From positions 1,504,001 through 1,568,000 of the forward strand of contig CAVSGM010000002.1 of assembly GCA_963727485.1 (NCBI GenBank): 64,000 nucleotides of DNA, in the 5' to 3' direction. The position numbers and the translations under genes are program-made. This document shows, piece by piece, positions 31,829 to 42,454 of the stretch. The notes under the pieces were generated by a model, which saw only the letters and a list, made by a program, of their open reading frames with translations, was not told the DNA's origin and made no database searches. Each line of letters begins with the position of its first letter. The stretch's first letter is position 1. This stretch comes from an uncultured delta proteobacterium (GTDB taxonomy: Bacteria; Myxococcota; Myxococcia; SLRQ01).

Positions 31829-32366
31829 CGGCGAAGAGCCAGAGGCCCACCAGGAGCGCCACGGCGAGCGCCACCTGGGCCAGCCAGAATCGCCCGCCGG
31901 GCCGCCGGCGAGAGGGACGCCGCCGAGGGGGACTCCCGCCCTCCGACGGGGTGACTGCCGACGGCCCGCTGCACCCAGAGGCCCTGCACGTCGAGGCGCA
32001 CCACGTTGGCCACCGCCGCGTCGAGGGCCGCCGCCACCTGCGGGCCCGGGTCGAGGGCCTCCACCCGGATGGCGAAGTGGAGGCTCTTCCGAATCCCCGG
32101 GCGCGGCCAGGGGCCGCGGGAGGAGGCGCACCCGGCCCACCACCTGGCCCCCGGCCTTCCGGGTGAGGGTGAAGGTCACCCGGTCCCGGTCGATCGACAC
32201 GTCGCTGTAGACGTAGCCCCCGGGCAGCACCCGATCGCCGCCGGCCTCGCCGAGGAGCCCGGCGATCCGCCCGGCCGCCCCCCGGGGGAATCCCCTGGGC
32301 GATGGCGGGCAGCCCGGCGACGAGGGTGGCGGCGAGGACGAGGCCCCTGGCTTGCTGGCGGGTCAT
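31779..32366 (-). CDS. Exported protein with C-terminal membrane anchor (three +1 insertions scramble the middle of the ORF-track translation)
   Basis: Correcting GAATC to GATC at 32288, 32091 and 31887 gives signal peptide...LPGGYVYSDVSIDRDRVTFTL...RKSLHFAIRVE...IWLAQVALAVALLVGLWLFAVRR. Confidence 0.65.
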   Translation of the reverse strand: MTRQQARGLVLAATLVAGLPAIAQGIPPGGGRADRRAPRRGRRRSGAARGLRLQRRVDRPGPGDLHPHPEGRGPGGGPGAPPPAAPGRARGFGRASTSPSGWRPSTRARRWRRPSTRRWPTWCASTCRASGCSGPSAVTPSEGGSPPRRRPSRRRPGGRFWLAQVALAVALLVGLWLFAVRRPRRGAAAGPPSSP

Positions 32367-32408
32367 GGTTGCGACTAAACAAACGGTGCGTGAGGCCTCG
32401 GAGTCAAG

Positions 32409-34213
32409 GTGGGCGCCGGTGGCCGCCCGGAAGTCTGGCGACCGCCCGGGTCCTCGGGGTCGCCGCCGCCAGCGCCGCCTGGCTGCTGCTCTTCTACCGG
32501 TTCTCGCAGCCCACCGCGGACACCTGCCGCGATCTCCTCTACGCCCGGGACCTCGCCGAGGGGCGGCTGCTCCACCTGGCGGGGGTCCACGCCTCCCTGG
32601 GCAACCTGTGGCAGGGGGCCCTCTTCCCTGCCCTCATGGGCCTGGGCCTCGCCCTCCATGCCCCCATCGTCGGGGTGCGGGCGGCGATGCTCGCCCTCTT
32701 CGTGGCGTCGGCGGTGGCCCTCTTCGCCGGGGCGCGGTGGCGCCTGGGCCCCCGGGCGGCGTGGGTGGCGACCGTCCTCTGGGCGGGGCTCGGGCCGCGG
32801 GCGGTCTCCCTGCAGGCCCTCGACAACCCGAACCTCCTCGCCCTGCCCCTGGTGGCGTTCACCCTCGCCCTCCTCGACCTCGCCGACGATCGGGGCCTGC
32901 TCGCCGCGGCCGCCGCGGGCGCCGCCCTGGGCCTGGCCGTCCTCGCCCACGTGGACGCGGCGCTGCTCGGCCCGGCACTCGTGCTCGCCCTGCTCTGGGG
33001 CCGGCGCCCGGCGTGGGGCCTCGGGGTGGGCCTCGCCGCCCTCGCCGCCACCGTCGCCGCGCTCTCACCGGAGACCGCGGTGGTGGACCTGCGGGGGCTC
33101 GTGACCCGGTGGCCGGTGCTGACCGCCGGGGGCGTGGCGCTCTGGATCGCGGTGGCCCTGGGGACGCGCCGGAGGGCGAGGCGCCTCGACCCAAGGAACC
33201 GGGGCCTGGTCCTCCTGGCGGTCGCGTCCGCGCTCGGCGCCTCGGCCCTCGCGGCCCTCGCGGTCCTGGCGGGCCTCGGCGCCCCGGCCTGGACCTGGCG
33301 CTACCTCGCCCCGGCGTTCCCGGCGGCCTGCCTCCTCGCCGGCGCCGGGGTGGCGCGAGTGGGCCGGCGGGCGGCGATCGCCGGGGCGGTGGTCCTGGGG
33401 ATCGCCCTGGCCGGCGTGGCCACCCGCGGCACCCTGGCGGCGCAGGTCCCGATGGAGTCGGTCCCCACGGTCCTCGCCGATCTGGCCGACCTGGGCTACG
33501 GCCCGGAGGCCCTCCGCCTCCGGCTCCGCGGCCCCCTGCGCGGGCCGCTCCTCGCCTGCGCCACCGCCCTGGTGCCACGCCGGCCGGGCCCACCCCCCGT
33601 CGACGACCTGGTGCTCCTCGACGACTGGACCTCGACCGACTACGCCCTCTTCAGTCGGGCGCGGCCCCTCGGGCACACCCAGGCCCGGGTGTACCGCTAC
33701 CGGCCCTGGGTCGACCAGGTGCACCCGCGCATCTGCGTCACCGGCCCGGCCGGAGAGCAGTGCCAGCGCACCGCCTGGTCCGGGGAGCCCCCGCGCGCCC
33801 CCGGGGCTCCGCTCTTCGATGGCGCCTACCCCGAGCTCCCCGGGGTCCGCGCGCTCTTCCGCGAGGTCGGCGCCCCGGCCACCAAGGCGACGGTGACCTT
33901 CCCCCTGAAGGTGACCGGGCCGGGGGGCGCCCGGAGCCTGACCCTGCTCCCCGGCCGCGACCCCGGGTCCTGCCAGTTCCGGATCCGGCGGGTGACCGGT
34001 GTTCGGACCCGCTCCCCCCTCCCGGCGACGCGGGTGGCGATCCTGGGACGTCCGGGGGAGGCCGGGGAGGTGACCCTCGAGGTCACGTTCGATTCCGAGC
34101 GGTGCGCGCCAGACGCAGGCCGCGTGGCGGCTCCGCCCTCGATCGTCGAGGTCGGCGAGGCCCAGCCGGGCGCGCCCTGGAGGCTTCCGTCGAGGCTCCT
34201 GGGCTCGTGGTGA
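32409..34213 (+). CDS. Polytopic membrane protein, ArnT/PMT (GT-C)-like, with periplasmic C-terminal domain (start uncertain)
   Basis: DTCRDLLYARDLAEG after the first TM, many TM helices, WRYLAPAFP motif. Confidence 0.55.
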
Positions 34214-34402
34214 TGGCTCGGGTCAACCCCGGGTTCACCCGTCCCGAGTTTACTTCCCTCCACCAGTAGTCCAAAATCGTATCGCTATTATTGCCCCCCG
34301 GCGTACGGCTTGCCCGGCAGGGGAGGGGATGACGACGGCCGACGGGCGGTCGGCGGTCGGCGGTCGGAACTGGATGCCAGAGCATTGGAGGAGCAGGTCG
34401 GT

Positions 34403-37400
34403 ATGAGAGCGCCCAGCGAGAACCTTCGCAGCATTGGCCGGGTCACCCTCGGTCTCGTCGCCGCTGTCTGTCTGCTGGGGCTGTCGGTCCCGGCCTACGC
34501 GGCTACCGGCACCATCAGCGGGACGGTGCTCAACTCCGGCGGTGCCGGCGTCGCCGGCATCCGGGTGGTCGCCTACCGCAGCACGTCCAAGGGCTACCAG
34601 GCGGTGAAGTCGGTGGTCACGCCGGCCGGCGGTGCCTACAGCCTCACCGGCTTGGTGGACGGCACCTACAAGATCCTGGCCCGCATCAACCCGTCGGGCA
34701 ACACGCCCACCGGCGGGACATCGGTGACCAAGGACGACTGGTACGGCGACAAGATCATCGAGGAGCAGGCCACCACGGTGACCATCAAGAACGCCAACAC
34801 CGTGTCCGGCAGGAACCTCACCCTCAGCGCAGGCACCTGGGGCTCGGTGTACGTCAAGGCGCCGGGCGGCGCGGCCGTCTCCAGCGGGATGCTCTGCCGG
34901 GCCGAGGACGAGACCGATCCCCGGGTCAACCACCTGACCAGCCAGATGACCGTCGCGGTCTCCGGGTCGAGCCCCGGCTACGCCGAGACCGGCCGCTGCG
35001 TGTTCCTGGGGATCGAACCCACAGCGAGCGCCAACGGTGCCTACCACCTGTGGCTTCACGACACCCAGGCCCGCTACAAGGATCTGTTCACCGCCACCCC
35101 CAAATCCGCGGCGACCAACAGCTACATCAATTGGGGCAACGTGACCCTCACGGCCCTGCCCGCGGACCCCAACGAGCCGAACAACTCCCTCTCCGCCTTC
35201 ACCAACATCAACAGCGGTGTCGGCTCCAATCTCTACGGCTACCCCGCGGCGACCTACACCGTGAGCAACGGGGTGATCACCCCGGGCGACGTGGATGTCT
35301 ACTGCTGGCTGGGCCAGGCGGGCGACCGGTTCATCGTCACCGCCACCACGTCCACCAACCTCACCGGCAGCCAGCGCTACAGCCCCTTCGTGGATCCCTA
35401 CCTCCAGGTCCACGGAGCGGTCTTCGGCAACAAGGCGAACGACGACGGCGGCCCCGGGCCCCTCGATGCCCGGGTGGACACCGGGCTTTTGGCGCAAGGG
35501 CAGCAGGTGTGTGCCGAGGTGAGCACCTACAACGACACCACCCTCACCGGCGCCAGCCAGGGCAGCCACGGGACCTACTCCCTGGTGGTGGGCATGGGCA
35601 ACCGGCCTCCGGTGATCACCAAGCCGGCCGACGGGAGCTCGGTACAGGTCCTCGAGGGCGCCACCATCAACGAGGCGATCACCGTCCAGGACCCCGACTC
35701 GGCGCACCCCACCCTCACCGCCACCCTCCAGGACACGGGCGGGAACGTGGTCTCCAAGGGGAGCCTCACCTACGACCCCACGGCCTGCACCGGCGGCACC
35801 GGCTCGCCCTTCACCTGCGACGGGAGCTGGAGCTGGACCACCGCGACCCTCGACTCCAACGGCAGCCCCTACTCGCTGATCCTGAAGGCCAGCGACGGTG
35901 AGTTCACCACCACCAGCACCGTCAGCCTGGTCGTCGCCAAGAACAACCTCCCGCCGACCACGCCGGTTCAGACCGATCCGGCCGACGGGAGCCAGGTGGC
36001 CTCCAACCAGCCGACGCTGACCATCACCAACAGCACCGACCCCAACGGCGACCCCATCACCTACCACTTCGAGCTCTACGACACCGACCCCTCGACCGGC
36101 ACCGGGATCACCCCGATCGCCACCCAGGACGTGGCCAACGATCCCTCCGGGAGCACCAGCTGGGCCACCACCCAGACCCTCACCGAGAACAAGACCTACT
36201 GGTGGCGGGTGCAGGCCGACGACGGGACCGCGGGCGCCAACGCCACCAGCAGCTGGACCGGCTACTGGAGCTTCTTCGTCAACACCGTCAACGATCCGCC
36301 CCTGCCGCCGCAGCTCACCGAGCCGGTGGACGGGTCCACGGTGCAGACGGTCCAGCCCACGCTCACGGTGAACAACACCACCGATCCCGAGGGCGACCCG
36401 ATCACCCTCTACTACGAGATCTCCACGGACCCGACCTTCGCCGACACCACCCAGACGGTGGCCACCTCGCAGGCGGTGCCCCAGGTCTCCGGGACCTCGA
36501 CCACCGACTGGCCCGTCGACGCGGCCCAGCGCCTCAAGTACGGCACCGACTACTACGCCCGGGCCTATGCCCAGGACGACAAGGGCGCCCAGAGCACCTA
36601 CAGCAACGTCGACCACTTCACCACGCCGGCGGACAACCCGCCGACCGACCCCAGCCTCGGCGCGCCCTTCGACGCCACCTGCTCCAACCTGGTGATCACC
36701 GACAGCGCCAACATCCCCACGCAGGTGGTGGTGAACAACCCGACCGACCCGGAGAACGACCCGCTGCAGCTCGAGCTCCAGGTCTACGACGCCAGCGCCG
36801 ATCCCAGCGCTCCGGGGTTCACGCCGGCCATCGACACCACGGTCGCGGTGGACACCACCGGAACCACCACCACCATCCCCGTGGACCCCTCGGTGCTCAC
36901 CGAGAACGGGCACTTCATCGTGCGGGTGCAGGCCAGCGACGGCACCATGCAGTCCAACTGGGTGCAGTGCGACCTCTGGATCAACACCACCAACACCCCG
37001 CCCTCGGCGGTCACCATCCTCTCGCCGACCAAGGGCAGCACCTTCGACGCCAGCACCACCACGGTGAGCGTGAAGGTCCAGAACGCCAGCGACCCCGACT
37101 ACGGGATCCCGGGCACCAGCCTCGCCATCGCCTACTGTGCCTCGAAGCAGTCGGACTTCTCCGACTGCCCGACCGACCAGACGACCTGGCCGAACGTGCC
37201 CCAGACCTCGGGCAATCCCACCGGCACCACCGACTTCCCGCTCAGCGTCGCCGCCGGGGACACCTGGTACGTGAAGGTGTGCGCCATCGACGAGTCCGGC
37301 GTCTGCGGCGCCACCGACCAGACCAACTTCTCGGTGAAGACCGCGTCCGCGGGCAACGACGGCGGCTCCGGCGGCACCGACGGCGGCTCCGGTGGCGGCA

Positions 37401-37537
37401 CCGACGGCGGCTCCGGCTCGGGCGCCACCCCCGGTGGCTGCTGCACCACGGCCCGGGGCGGCCAGCCGGTGATGGCCCTGTGGGCGGCGTTGGGTCTGCT
37501 GCTCCTCATCCCGCGGCGCCGGCGGTACCGCGGGTGA
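34403..37537 (+). CDS. Large cell-surface protein with Ig-like/FN3-like repeats and MYXO-CTERM-like sorting signal
   Basis: Signal peptide, GTISGTV carboxypeptidase-regulatory-like start, repeated NxPP...TDPxGDPITY units, C-terminal GGCCTT...LLLLIPRRRR. Confidence 0.82.
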   Translation: MRAPSENLRSIGRVTLGLVAAVCLLGLSVPAYAATGTISGTVLNSGGAGVAGIRVVAYRSTSKGYQAVKSVVTPAGGAYSLTGLVDGTYKILARINPSGNTPTGGTSVTKDDWYGDKIIEEQATTVTIKNANTVSGRNLTLSAGTWGSVYVKAPGGAAVSSGMLCRAEDETDPRVNHLTSQMTVAVSGSSPGYAETGRCVFLGIEPTASANGAYHLWLHDTQARYKDLFTATPKSAATNSYINWGNVTLTALPADPNEPNNSLSAFTNINSGVGSNLYGYPAATYTVSNGVITPGDVDVYCWLGQAGDRFIVTATTSTNLTGSQRYSPFVDPYLQVHGAVFGNKANDDGGPGPLDARVDTGLLAQGQQVCAEVSTYNDTTLTGASQGSHGTYSLVVGMGNRPPVITKPADGSSVQVLEGATINEAITVQDPDSAHPTLTATLQDTGGNVVSKGSLTYDPTACTGGTGSPFTCDGSWSWTTATLDSNGSPYSLILKASDGEFTTTSTVSLVVAKNNLPPTTPVQTDPADGSQVASNQPTLTITNSTDPNGDPITYHFELYDTDPSTGTGITPIATQDVANDPSGSTSWATTQTLTENKTYWWRVQADDGTAGANATSSWTGYWSFFVNTVNDPPLPPQLTEPVDGSTVQTVQPTLTVNNTTDPEGDPITLYYEISTDPTFADTTQTVATSQAVPQVSGTSTTDWPVDAAQRLKYGTDYYARAYAQDDKGAQSTYSNVDHFTTPADNPPTDPSLGAPFDATCSNLVITDSANIPTQVVVNNPTDPENDPLQLELQVYDASADPSAPGFTPAIDTTVAVDTTGTTTTIPVDPSVLTENGHFIVRVQASDGTMQSNWVQCDLWINTTNTPPSAVTILSPTKGSTFDASTTTVSVKVQNASDPDYGIPGTSLAIAYCASKQSDFSDCPTDQTTWPNVPQTSGNPTGTTDFPLSVAAGDTWYVKVCAIDESGVCGATDQTNFSVKTASAGNDGGSGGTDGGSGGGTDGGSGSGATPGGCCTTARGGQPVMALWAALGLLLLIPRRRRYRG

Positions 37538-37553
37538 GGTTGCTCAGCGGTCG

Positions 37554-39359
37554 ATGAAGGCCCTCATCAAGGTCGGCTACGGGTGCAACGACCACTGCAC
37601 CTTCTGCCACACCCTCGACGTCCGCCATCTCGATGACACCGCCGCCGCGGTCGATCGCAAGATCGACCGGGCGGCGGAGCTGGGCCACACCATGGTGGTG
37701 CTCTCCGGCGGGGAGCCCACCATCCGCCCGGAGCTCTACCGGTGGGCGGGGCGCACGGTGCGCCTGGGCCTCGACTTCGGCCTGGTGACCAACGGGCGGC
37801 TGCTGTCCTACCCCGAGGTGGCCGAGCGCCTCCTCGGGCTGCGCCTCAAGTACGCCTACATCTCGCTCCACGGGGGCACCGCCAAGGTCCACAACGCGGT
37901 GGTGCGCTCCCACGCCTTCGAGGAGAGCTTCGGGGCGTTCAGAAACCTCACCGGGCGGGGCGTGGACCTCACGGCCAACTGCGTGGTCACCAAGGTGAAC
38001 CTCCCGCACCTCCGGGCGCTGGTCGACCTGCTGCTCCCCTACCCCGACGTGACGGTGAAGTTCTCCATGGTCGAGGCCAAGGGGGGCGGCGCGAAGCTCT
38101 TCGACAGCATCGTGCCGAGGGTCGCCGAGGTGGCGGCGGGGGTCCGCGACGCCCTGGCCTACGGTGCCGAGCGCGCCGGACCCGAGGGGGCGCACCGGTT
38201 CACCCACGGCGGCATCCCCCTGTGCCTGATGCAGGGCTACGAAGACCGCTTCGACGACCTGCGCACCGACGGCTTCGCCACCATGACCGAGGTCTGGGAG
38301 CCCGACTTCTTCCCCGTCGACGACCTCAACAAGACCCAGCCGCCGCCGTGCCGCGACTGCGGGCTGCGGGCGGCGTGCCCCGGGCTGTTCACCGGCTACC
38401 TCGAGCGCCACGGCCACGGGGAGCTGAAGCCCACGCCCGGCCTGCGGTCCAACTCCTTCAACTACGTGCCCACCAGGCGGCTCACCTGGCTGGTGGGCAC
38501 GCCGTGCCCGGTGCGCCGGGACGGGGTCACCCCCTACGACCGGGGGCGCTCGGTCTTCGTCCGCGAGGGCGAGACCATGGTCCTCTACGAGACCCGCACC
38601 CGGGACTTCGCCGACCCGGAGATCGACGAGGTCAAGCGCCGGCAGGGGCAGGTGTACCTCGACGTCTCCGACAAGCCCGCCCCCGACGACTTCGCCCGCG
38701 ACCTCAAGAAGCTGGCCCGGGTGGACACCTGCAACACCTGCCCGGTGGAGACGCTGTGCGCCGGGTGCTACCACGCGCTCCCCGACGACGTCTTCCGCCG
38801 GGACGACGCGCTCCTGCGCGAGCGCCTCGAAGCCTTGACCGGCGACGTGCTGGACCTCGGCTGCGGGGACGGGCGCTACGCCGACGTCCTGGCGGAGGCG
38901 GTGGCGGCCGGACGGGTGCGCTACCACGGGGTGGACCCGGACGCGGCGGTGCTGGCGGCCGTGGCCGCGCGGCTCCCTGGCGCCAGGACCAGCTGCGCCC
39001 GGGCCGAGGATCTGGCGCTGGCGCCTGCGAGCTACGACCACGTGCTGCTGCTCCAGAGCTACGACCACCTGGTGGAGCCGGATCAGGTGATCCCCCGGCT
39101 GGTGAAGGCCCTGCGCCCGGGTGGTACCCTCCTGGTGGCCGACAACGTGGCCTTCGGCCTCCTGCGCTCCCCGGGGCAGGCGGCGCGCGCCGAGGCGGGG
39201 CCGGCCCGCTTCGAGCACCATCGCAACCATGACGCCGGGGCGGCGGAGCCGCTGTTCGCCGGCCACCCCCTCACCCTTCTGGCCCGCCGCGACGTGGGCC
39301 CGGGAACCAGCAACCAGTGGTTCCTCCACTACCGACGCCAAGAGGAAGCCGCATGCTAG
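37554..39359 (+). CDS. Radical SAM (HxsC-like) fused to class I SAM-dependent methyltransferase
   Basis: CNDHCTFC, GGEPT, GIPLC, CRDCGLRAACPG, CNTCPVETLC; VLDLGCGDGRY, LRPGGTLLV. Confidence 0.9.
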   Translation: MKALIKVGYGCNDHCTFCHTLDVRHLDDTAAAVDRKIDRAAELGHTMVVLSGGEPTIRPELYRWAGRTVRLGLDFGLVTNGRLLSYPEVAERLLGLRLKYAYISLHGGTAKVHNAVVRSHAFEESFGAFRNLTGRGVDLTANCVVTKVNLPHLRALVDLLLPYPDVTVKFSMVEAKGGGAKLFDSIVPRVAEVAAGVRDALAYGAERAGPEGAHRFTHGGIPLCLMQGYEDRFDDLRTDGFATMTEVWEPDFFPVDDLNKTQPPPCRDCGLRAACPGLFTGYLERHGHGELKPTPGLRSNSFNYVPTRRLTWLVGTPCPVRRDGVTPYDRGRSVFVREGETMVLYETRTRDFADPEIDEVKRRQGQVYLDVSDKPAPDDFARDLKKLARVDTCNTCPVETLCAGCYHALPDDVFRRDDALLRERLEALTGDVLDLGCGDGRYADVLAEAVAAGRVRYHGVDPDAAVLAAVAARLPGARTSCARAEDLALAPASYDHVLLLQSYDHLVEPDQVIPRLVKALRPGGTLLVADNVAFGLLRSPGQAARAEAGPARFEHHRNHDAGAAEPLFAGHPLTLLARRDVGPGTSNQWFLHYRRQEEAAC

Positions 39360-41023
39360 AGGCCGACGCCACCTTCGACGCCGAAGGCCAGAAGATCGCC
39401 GAGAAGGAGTCCGCGGCGCACGAGAAGCGCGCCTGGATCCGGCTGACGAGCTACTGCAACAACCGCTGCACCTTCTGCCTCGACTCGGCGGCCCACAACG
39501 GGACCTACGTGCCCCGGCTCAACATCCGCTCCCAGATCATCGACGGGCGGCGCAAGGGCGCCACGCGGCTGATCCTCTCCGGGGGCGAGCCCACCATCCA
39601 CCCCAACTACGTGGAGTTCATCAAGCTCGGGCGGCAGCTGGGGTACCGGAAGATCCAGACGGTCACCAACGGCCGGCTCTTCTCCTACGACGACTTCATC
39701 GGCAAGTGCCTCGACGCCGGGCTCTCGGAGATCACGTTTTCCATCCACGGCCACAACGCCAAGGTCCACGACGCCCTGGTGGGGGTGAAGGGTGCCTTCG
39801 ACGAGGAGGTCGAGGGGCTGAAGAAGGCGCTGGCCGACGGCCGGCCCATCGTCAACGTCGACGTCTGCCTCAACAAGGGCAACGTCCGGAACCTCCCCGA
39901 GCTCCTCGACATGTTCATGGAGATCGGCGTGCGCGAGTTCGACCTGCTCCACCTCATCCCCTTCGGGCGGGCCTACGAGGAGGGGCGCAACTCGCTGTTC
40001 TACGACATCGACGAGGCGATGCCCGCGATCCAGCACGCCCTCGAGCTCTCCAAGCGCCCGGACGTGCACATCTGGTTCAACCGCTTCCCGCCGCCGTACC
40101 TCGAGGGCCACGAGCACCTGATCCAGGACCCCTACAAGCTCAACGACGAGGTCCGCGGCCGCTACGAGGAGTACGAGCGGTGGCTGGAGCACGGGGTGCC
40201 CCTCTCGTGCCGCGAGCCCGACCGGTGCAACCGCTGCTACCTCCAGAACCTCTGCGACACCCTCGAGGGGAAGATGGCGACGCAGAAGGACGACCGGTTC
40301 GAGCTGATCCGGGTGCACGCGGGCGCCGCCGGCACGGACGTGGAGCTGCCGAAGCTCACCGGCACCTACGCCGGGAGCTGGCTGTGTGCCCCGGACGTGG
40401 CCGCCGCCAAGGCGCTGGCGGGCCGGCTCCCGGGCGACGAGCTCACCCTGGAGCTCGAGGACTACGACGGCCTCGCCGAGGCCCTGGGCGACGGGAAGCT
40501 TTCGGGCAAGAAGCTGGTGCGCGCCTACGCCGCGCGGCCCGAGGACGTCGAGGCGCTGCTCGCCCTCGAGGGCGATCATGAGGTCGTCGCCTGGCTCAAC
40601 CAGGCCAACGTGGCGGCGCTGTTGGAGAAGGGCACCGAGGCGCCGGCGCGCCTCGCCCTCTCGGGCCGGAACTACGAGCGGCTCACCGAGGCGTCCGAGC
40701 AGGACCCGGACCTCAAGGCCTTCTTCGCCGCCTACGACAAGGCGGTGCCGGTGGAGGACGTCCCCGCGTGCATCAGCGGCCGAGCGCCGCGCGCCCGCCC
40801 CGAGGTCCTCGACGCCTCCATGCTCCAGCCCGGTGGGCGCCTGGACATCTACGGCTACGCCAAGCGCTACATCCTCGACCACTACTACACCAAGAGCCAT
40901 AGGTGCCGCGGCTGCGCCCACTTCGAGGGCTGCGCCGGGGCGCACATCAACTGGGTGCGCGCCCACGGGTACCAGACCCTGGTGCCGGTCCCCGGCGAGC
41001 CGGCGAAGCAGGCGGCGGGGTAG
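39353..41023 (+). CDS. Radical SAM protein (HxsC-like) with extra Cys clusters
   Basis: CNNRCTFC, GGEPT, VTNGR, CREPDRCNRCYLQNLC, CRGCAHFEGCAG. Confidence 0.9.
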   Translation: MLEADATFDAEGQKIAEKESAAHEKRAWIRLTSYCNNRCTFCLDSAAHNGTYVPRLNIRSQIIDGRRKGATRLILSGGEPTIHPNYVEFIKLGRQLGYRKIQTVTNGRLFSYDDFIGKCLDAGLSEITFSIHGHNAKVHDALVGVKGAFDEEVEGLKKALADGRPIVNVDVCLNKGNVRNLPELLDMFMEIGVREFDLLHLIPFGRAYEEGRNSLFYDIDEAMPAIQHALELSKRPDVHIWFNRFPPPYLEGHEHLIQDPYKLNDEVRGRYEEYERWLEHGVPLSCREPDRCNRCYLQNLCDTLEGKMATQKDDRFELIRVHAGAAGTDVELPKLTGTYAGSWLCAPDVAAAKALAGRLPGDELTLELEDYDGLAEALGDGKLSGKKLVRAYAARPEDVEALLALEGDHEVVAWLNQANVAALLEKGTEAPARLALSGRNYERLTEASEQDPDLKAFFAAYDKAVPVEDVPACISGRAPRARPEVLDASMLQPGGRLDIYGYAKRYILDHYYTKSHRCRGCAHFEGCAGAHINWVRAHGYQTLVPVPGEPAKQAAG

Positions 41024-41122
41024 GCCTCTTGGCCGCCGCCCGCAGACGCACCAAGGGGGCGCGCGGTGTGTCGCACGCCCCCTCGGGAGGCCGGCCGGGG
41101 CCGGCAGCCGGTAGCGACCCGG

Positions 41123-42017
41123 CTAGTTGATCTCTGATGTAGTAGTTCACCGTGACGTTGCGGGGACGGGTCTCGGCGCCGCCGGCGTCACCGGTGAGCC
41201 CGTGGGGGTCGATGACCGCCGTGCCGCTGGTGCCCGGAGGGGCCGGGAAGATGGCCCCGGGCGTGCCGCCGGCCACCACCACCCCGGAGGCCCCCGGGGA
41301 GACGTTGTGGTGGTGCTGCTTGAACTGGTCCGCCTGGTAGGTCCCCGGCGCCGTGTCGCCGTCGGGGTTGCCCTTGCTGTCGGCGCGCGACCCGTTCTCG
41401 CCCCGGAGGAACACGCCCCGGAGGTCGGGGACGGTGGTGTTCCCGGTGATCTGGGCGTACCGGGAGCTGCTGTAGCTGCCCCCGTCGGCGAGGACCCAGT
41501 CGGGCCCGCGGATGGCGGTGAACTCGCTGGGGGTGAGCATGCTGGCGACGATGTCGCCCACCACGCCCCCGCCGGTGGCGGCGTGGAGGGTGGTGATCCC
41601 GGTGGCGATGGGGTTGGTGGCCAGGATCACGCTCTGGCTGGTGTTGCCCAGCGCCCCGCCCTTGCCCGAGACCTGCACCCACAGGGGCGACCCCGCGGCC
41701 TCGGCGATGCCCGAGGCGCAGGCGGTGTCCTGCATGGTGTGCCGGAACCAGCCGCCGGTGGTGGCGGCGCTGAAGTTGGTGTCGCCGCACACGTGGTTGG
41801 TCGCCGCCTGGTCCTTGAAGATGTTGATCGACAAGGTGTAGGTGTCGTCGGCGATGGGGGTGCCGTTGACGAAGAGCTGGCCCTGGTAGGTCAGCGGCGG
41901 CGGCGTGCTCGAGGGCCCCGCGGCCGAGGCCTGGTAGCCGAACCAGGCCACGCTGGCGAGAAGAGCCCCGGCGAGGAGCATGGGAGCCCGCTTGCTCCAC
42001 GAAGGTGCGCGTCTCAT
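41123..42017 (-). CDS. Secreted protein with phage tail-collar-like C-terminal domain
   Basis: Signal peptide, LTYQGQL, WVLADG...VPDLRGVFLRG...ETRPRNVTVNYYI. Probable true end YYIKIN* at TAG 41123-41125 after a one-base correction. Confidence 0.7.
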
Positions 42018-42430
42018 TGGGTGAAGCCTCCACACAGTTGGTAGATGTCCTTGGTCCCGCAGGCCACGTTGCCCAGCTGGGCCCCAGCGATGTTGAACCC
42101 GCCCGACTGGGGCGCCTCGCCGATGCTGGAGAAGGCGCCGTGCATCACCACGCAGCCGCAGGTGCCGTCGGTCCCGCAGACCTGGGCGCCGGCGCCGCAG
42201 GGCGGGCAGTCGGAGGGGCTGGTGCAGACCAGGCCGCCGTCGGTGCCGCCGTCGGTGCCGCCGTCGGTGGGGGTCGCCGAGACGACGCAGGCGTCGTTCT
42301 GGCAGACGAAGCCCGAGGGACACTTGCCGTTGAGGCAGGGGCGCCCCGTGTCCTTGCCGCTGATGAGCAGCGAGCACCCGGCGAGGGTCAGGGCGGCGGT
42401 GGCTGCGAGGATGAGCAGTCGGCGCGACAT
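42014..42430 (-). CDS. Cys-rich lipoprotein
   Basis: Lipobox LAGC, CLNGKCPSGFVCQNDAC, TDGG repeats. Confidence 0.7.
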   Translation of the reverse strand: MSRRLLILAATAALTLAGCSLLISGKDTGRPCLNGKCPSGFVCQNDACVVSATPTDGGTDGGTDGGLVCTSPSDCPPCGAGAQVCGTDGTCGCVVMHGAFSSIGEAPQSGGFNIAGAQLGNVACGTKDIYQLCGGFTQ

Positions 42431-42454
42431 CGGTCTAGAAGCTCCCATGGATCG

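Noticed and set aside
34335..34366. Heptamer repeats (GCGGTCG here; GCCGCCC near 61983)
   Set aside because: Short low-complexity GC repeats with no evidence of function.
41123..41600. Prophage suggested by the tail-collar motif
   Set aside because: No capsid, terminase, integrase or other phage genes, and the protein has a signal peptide.
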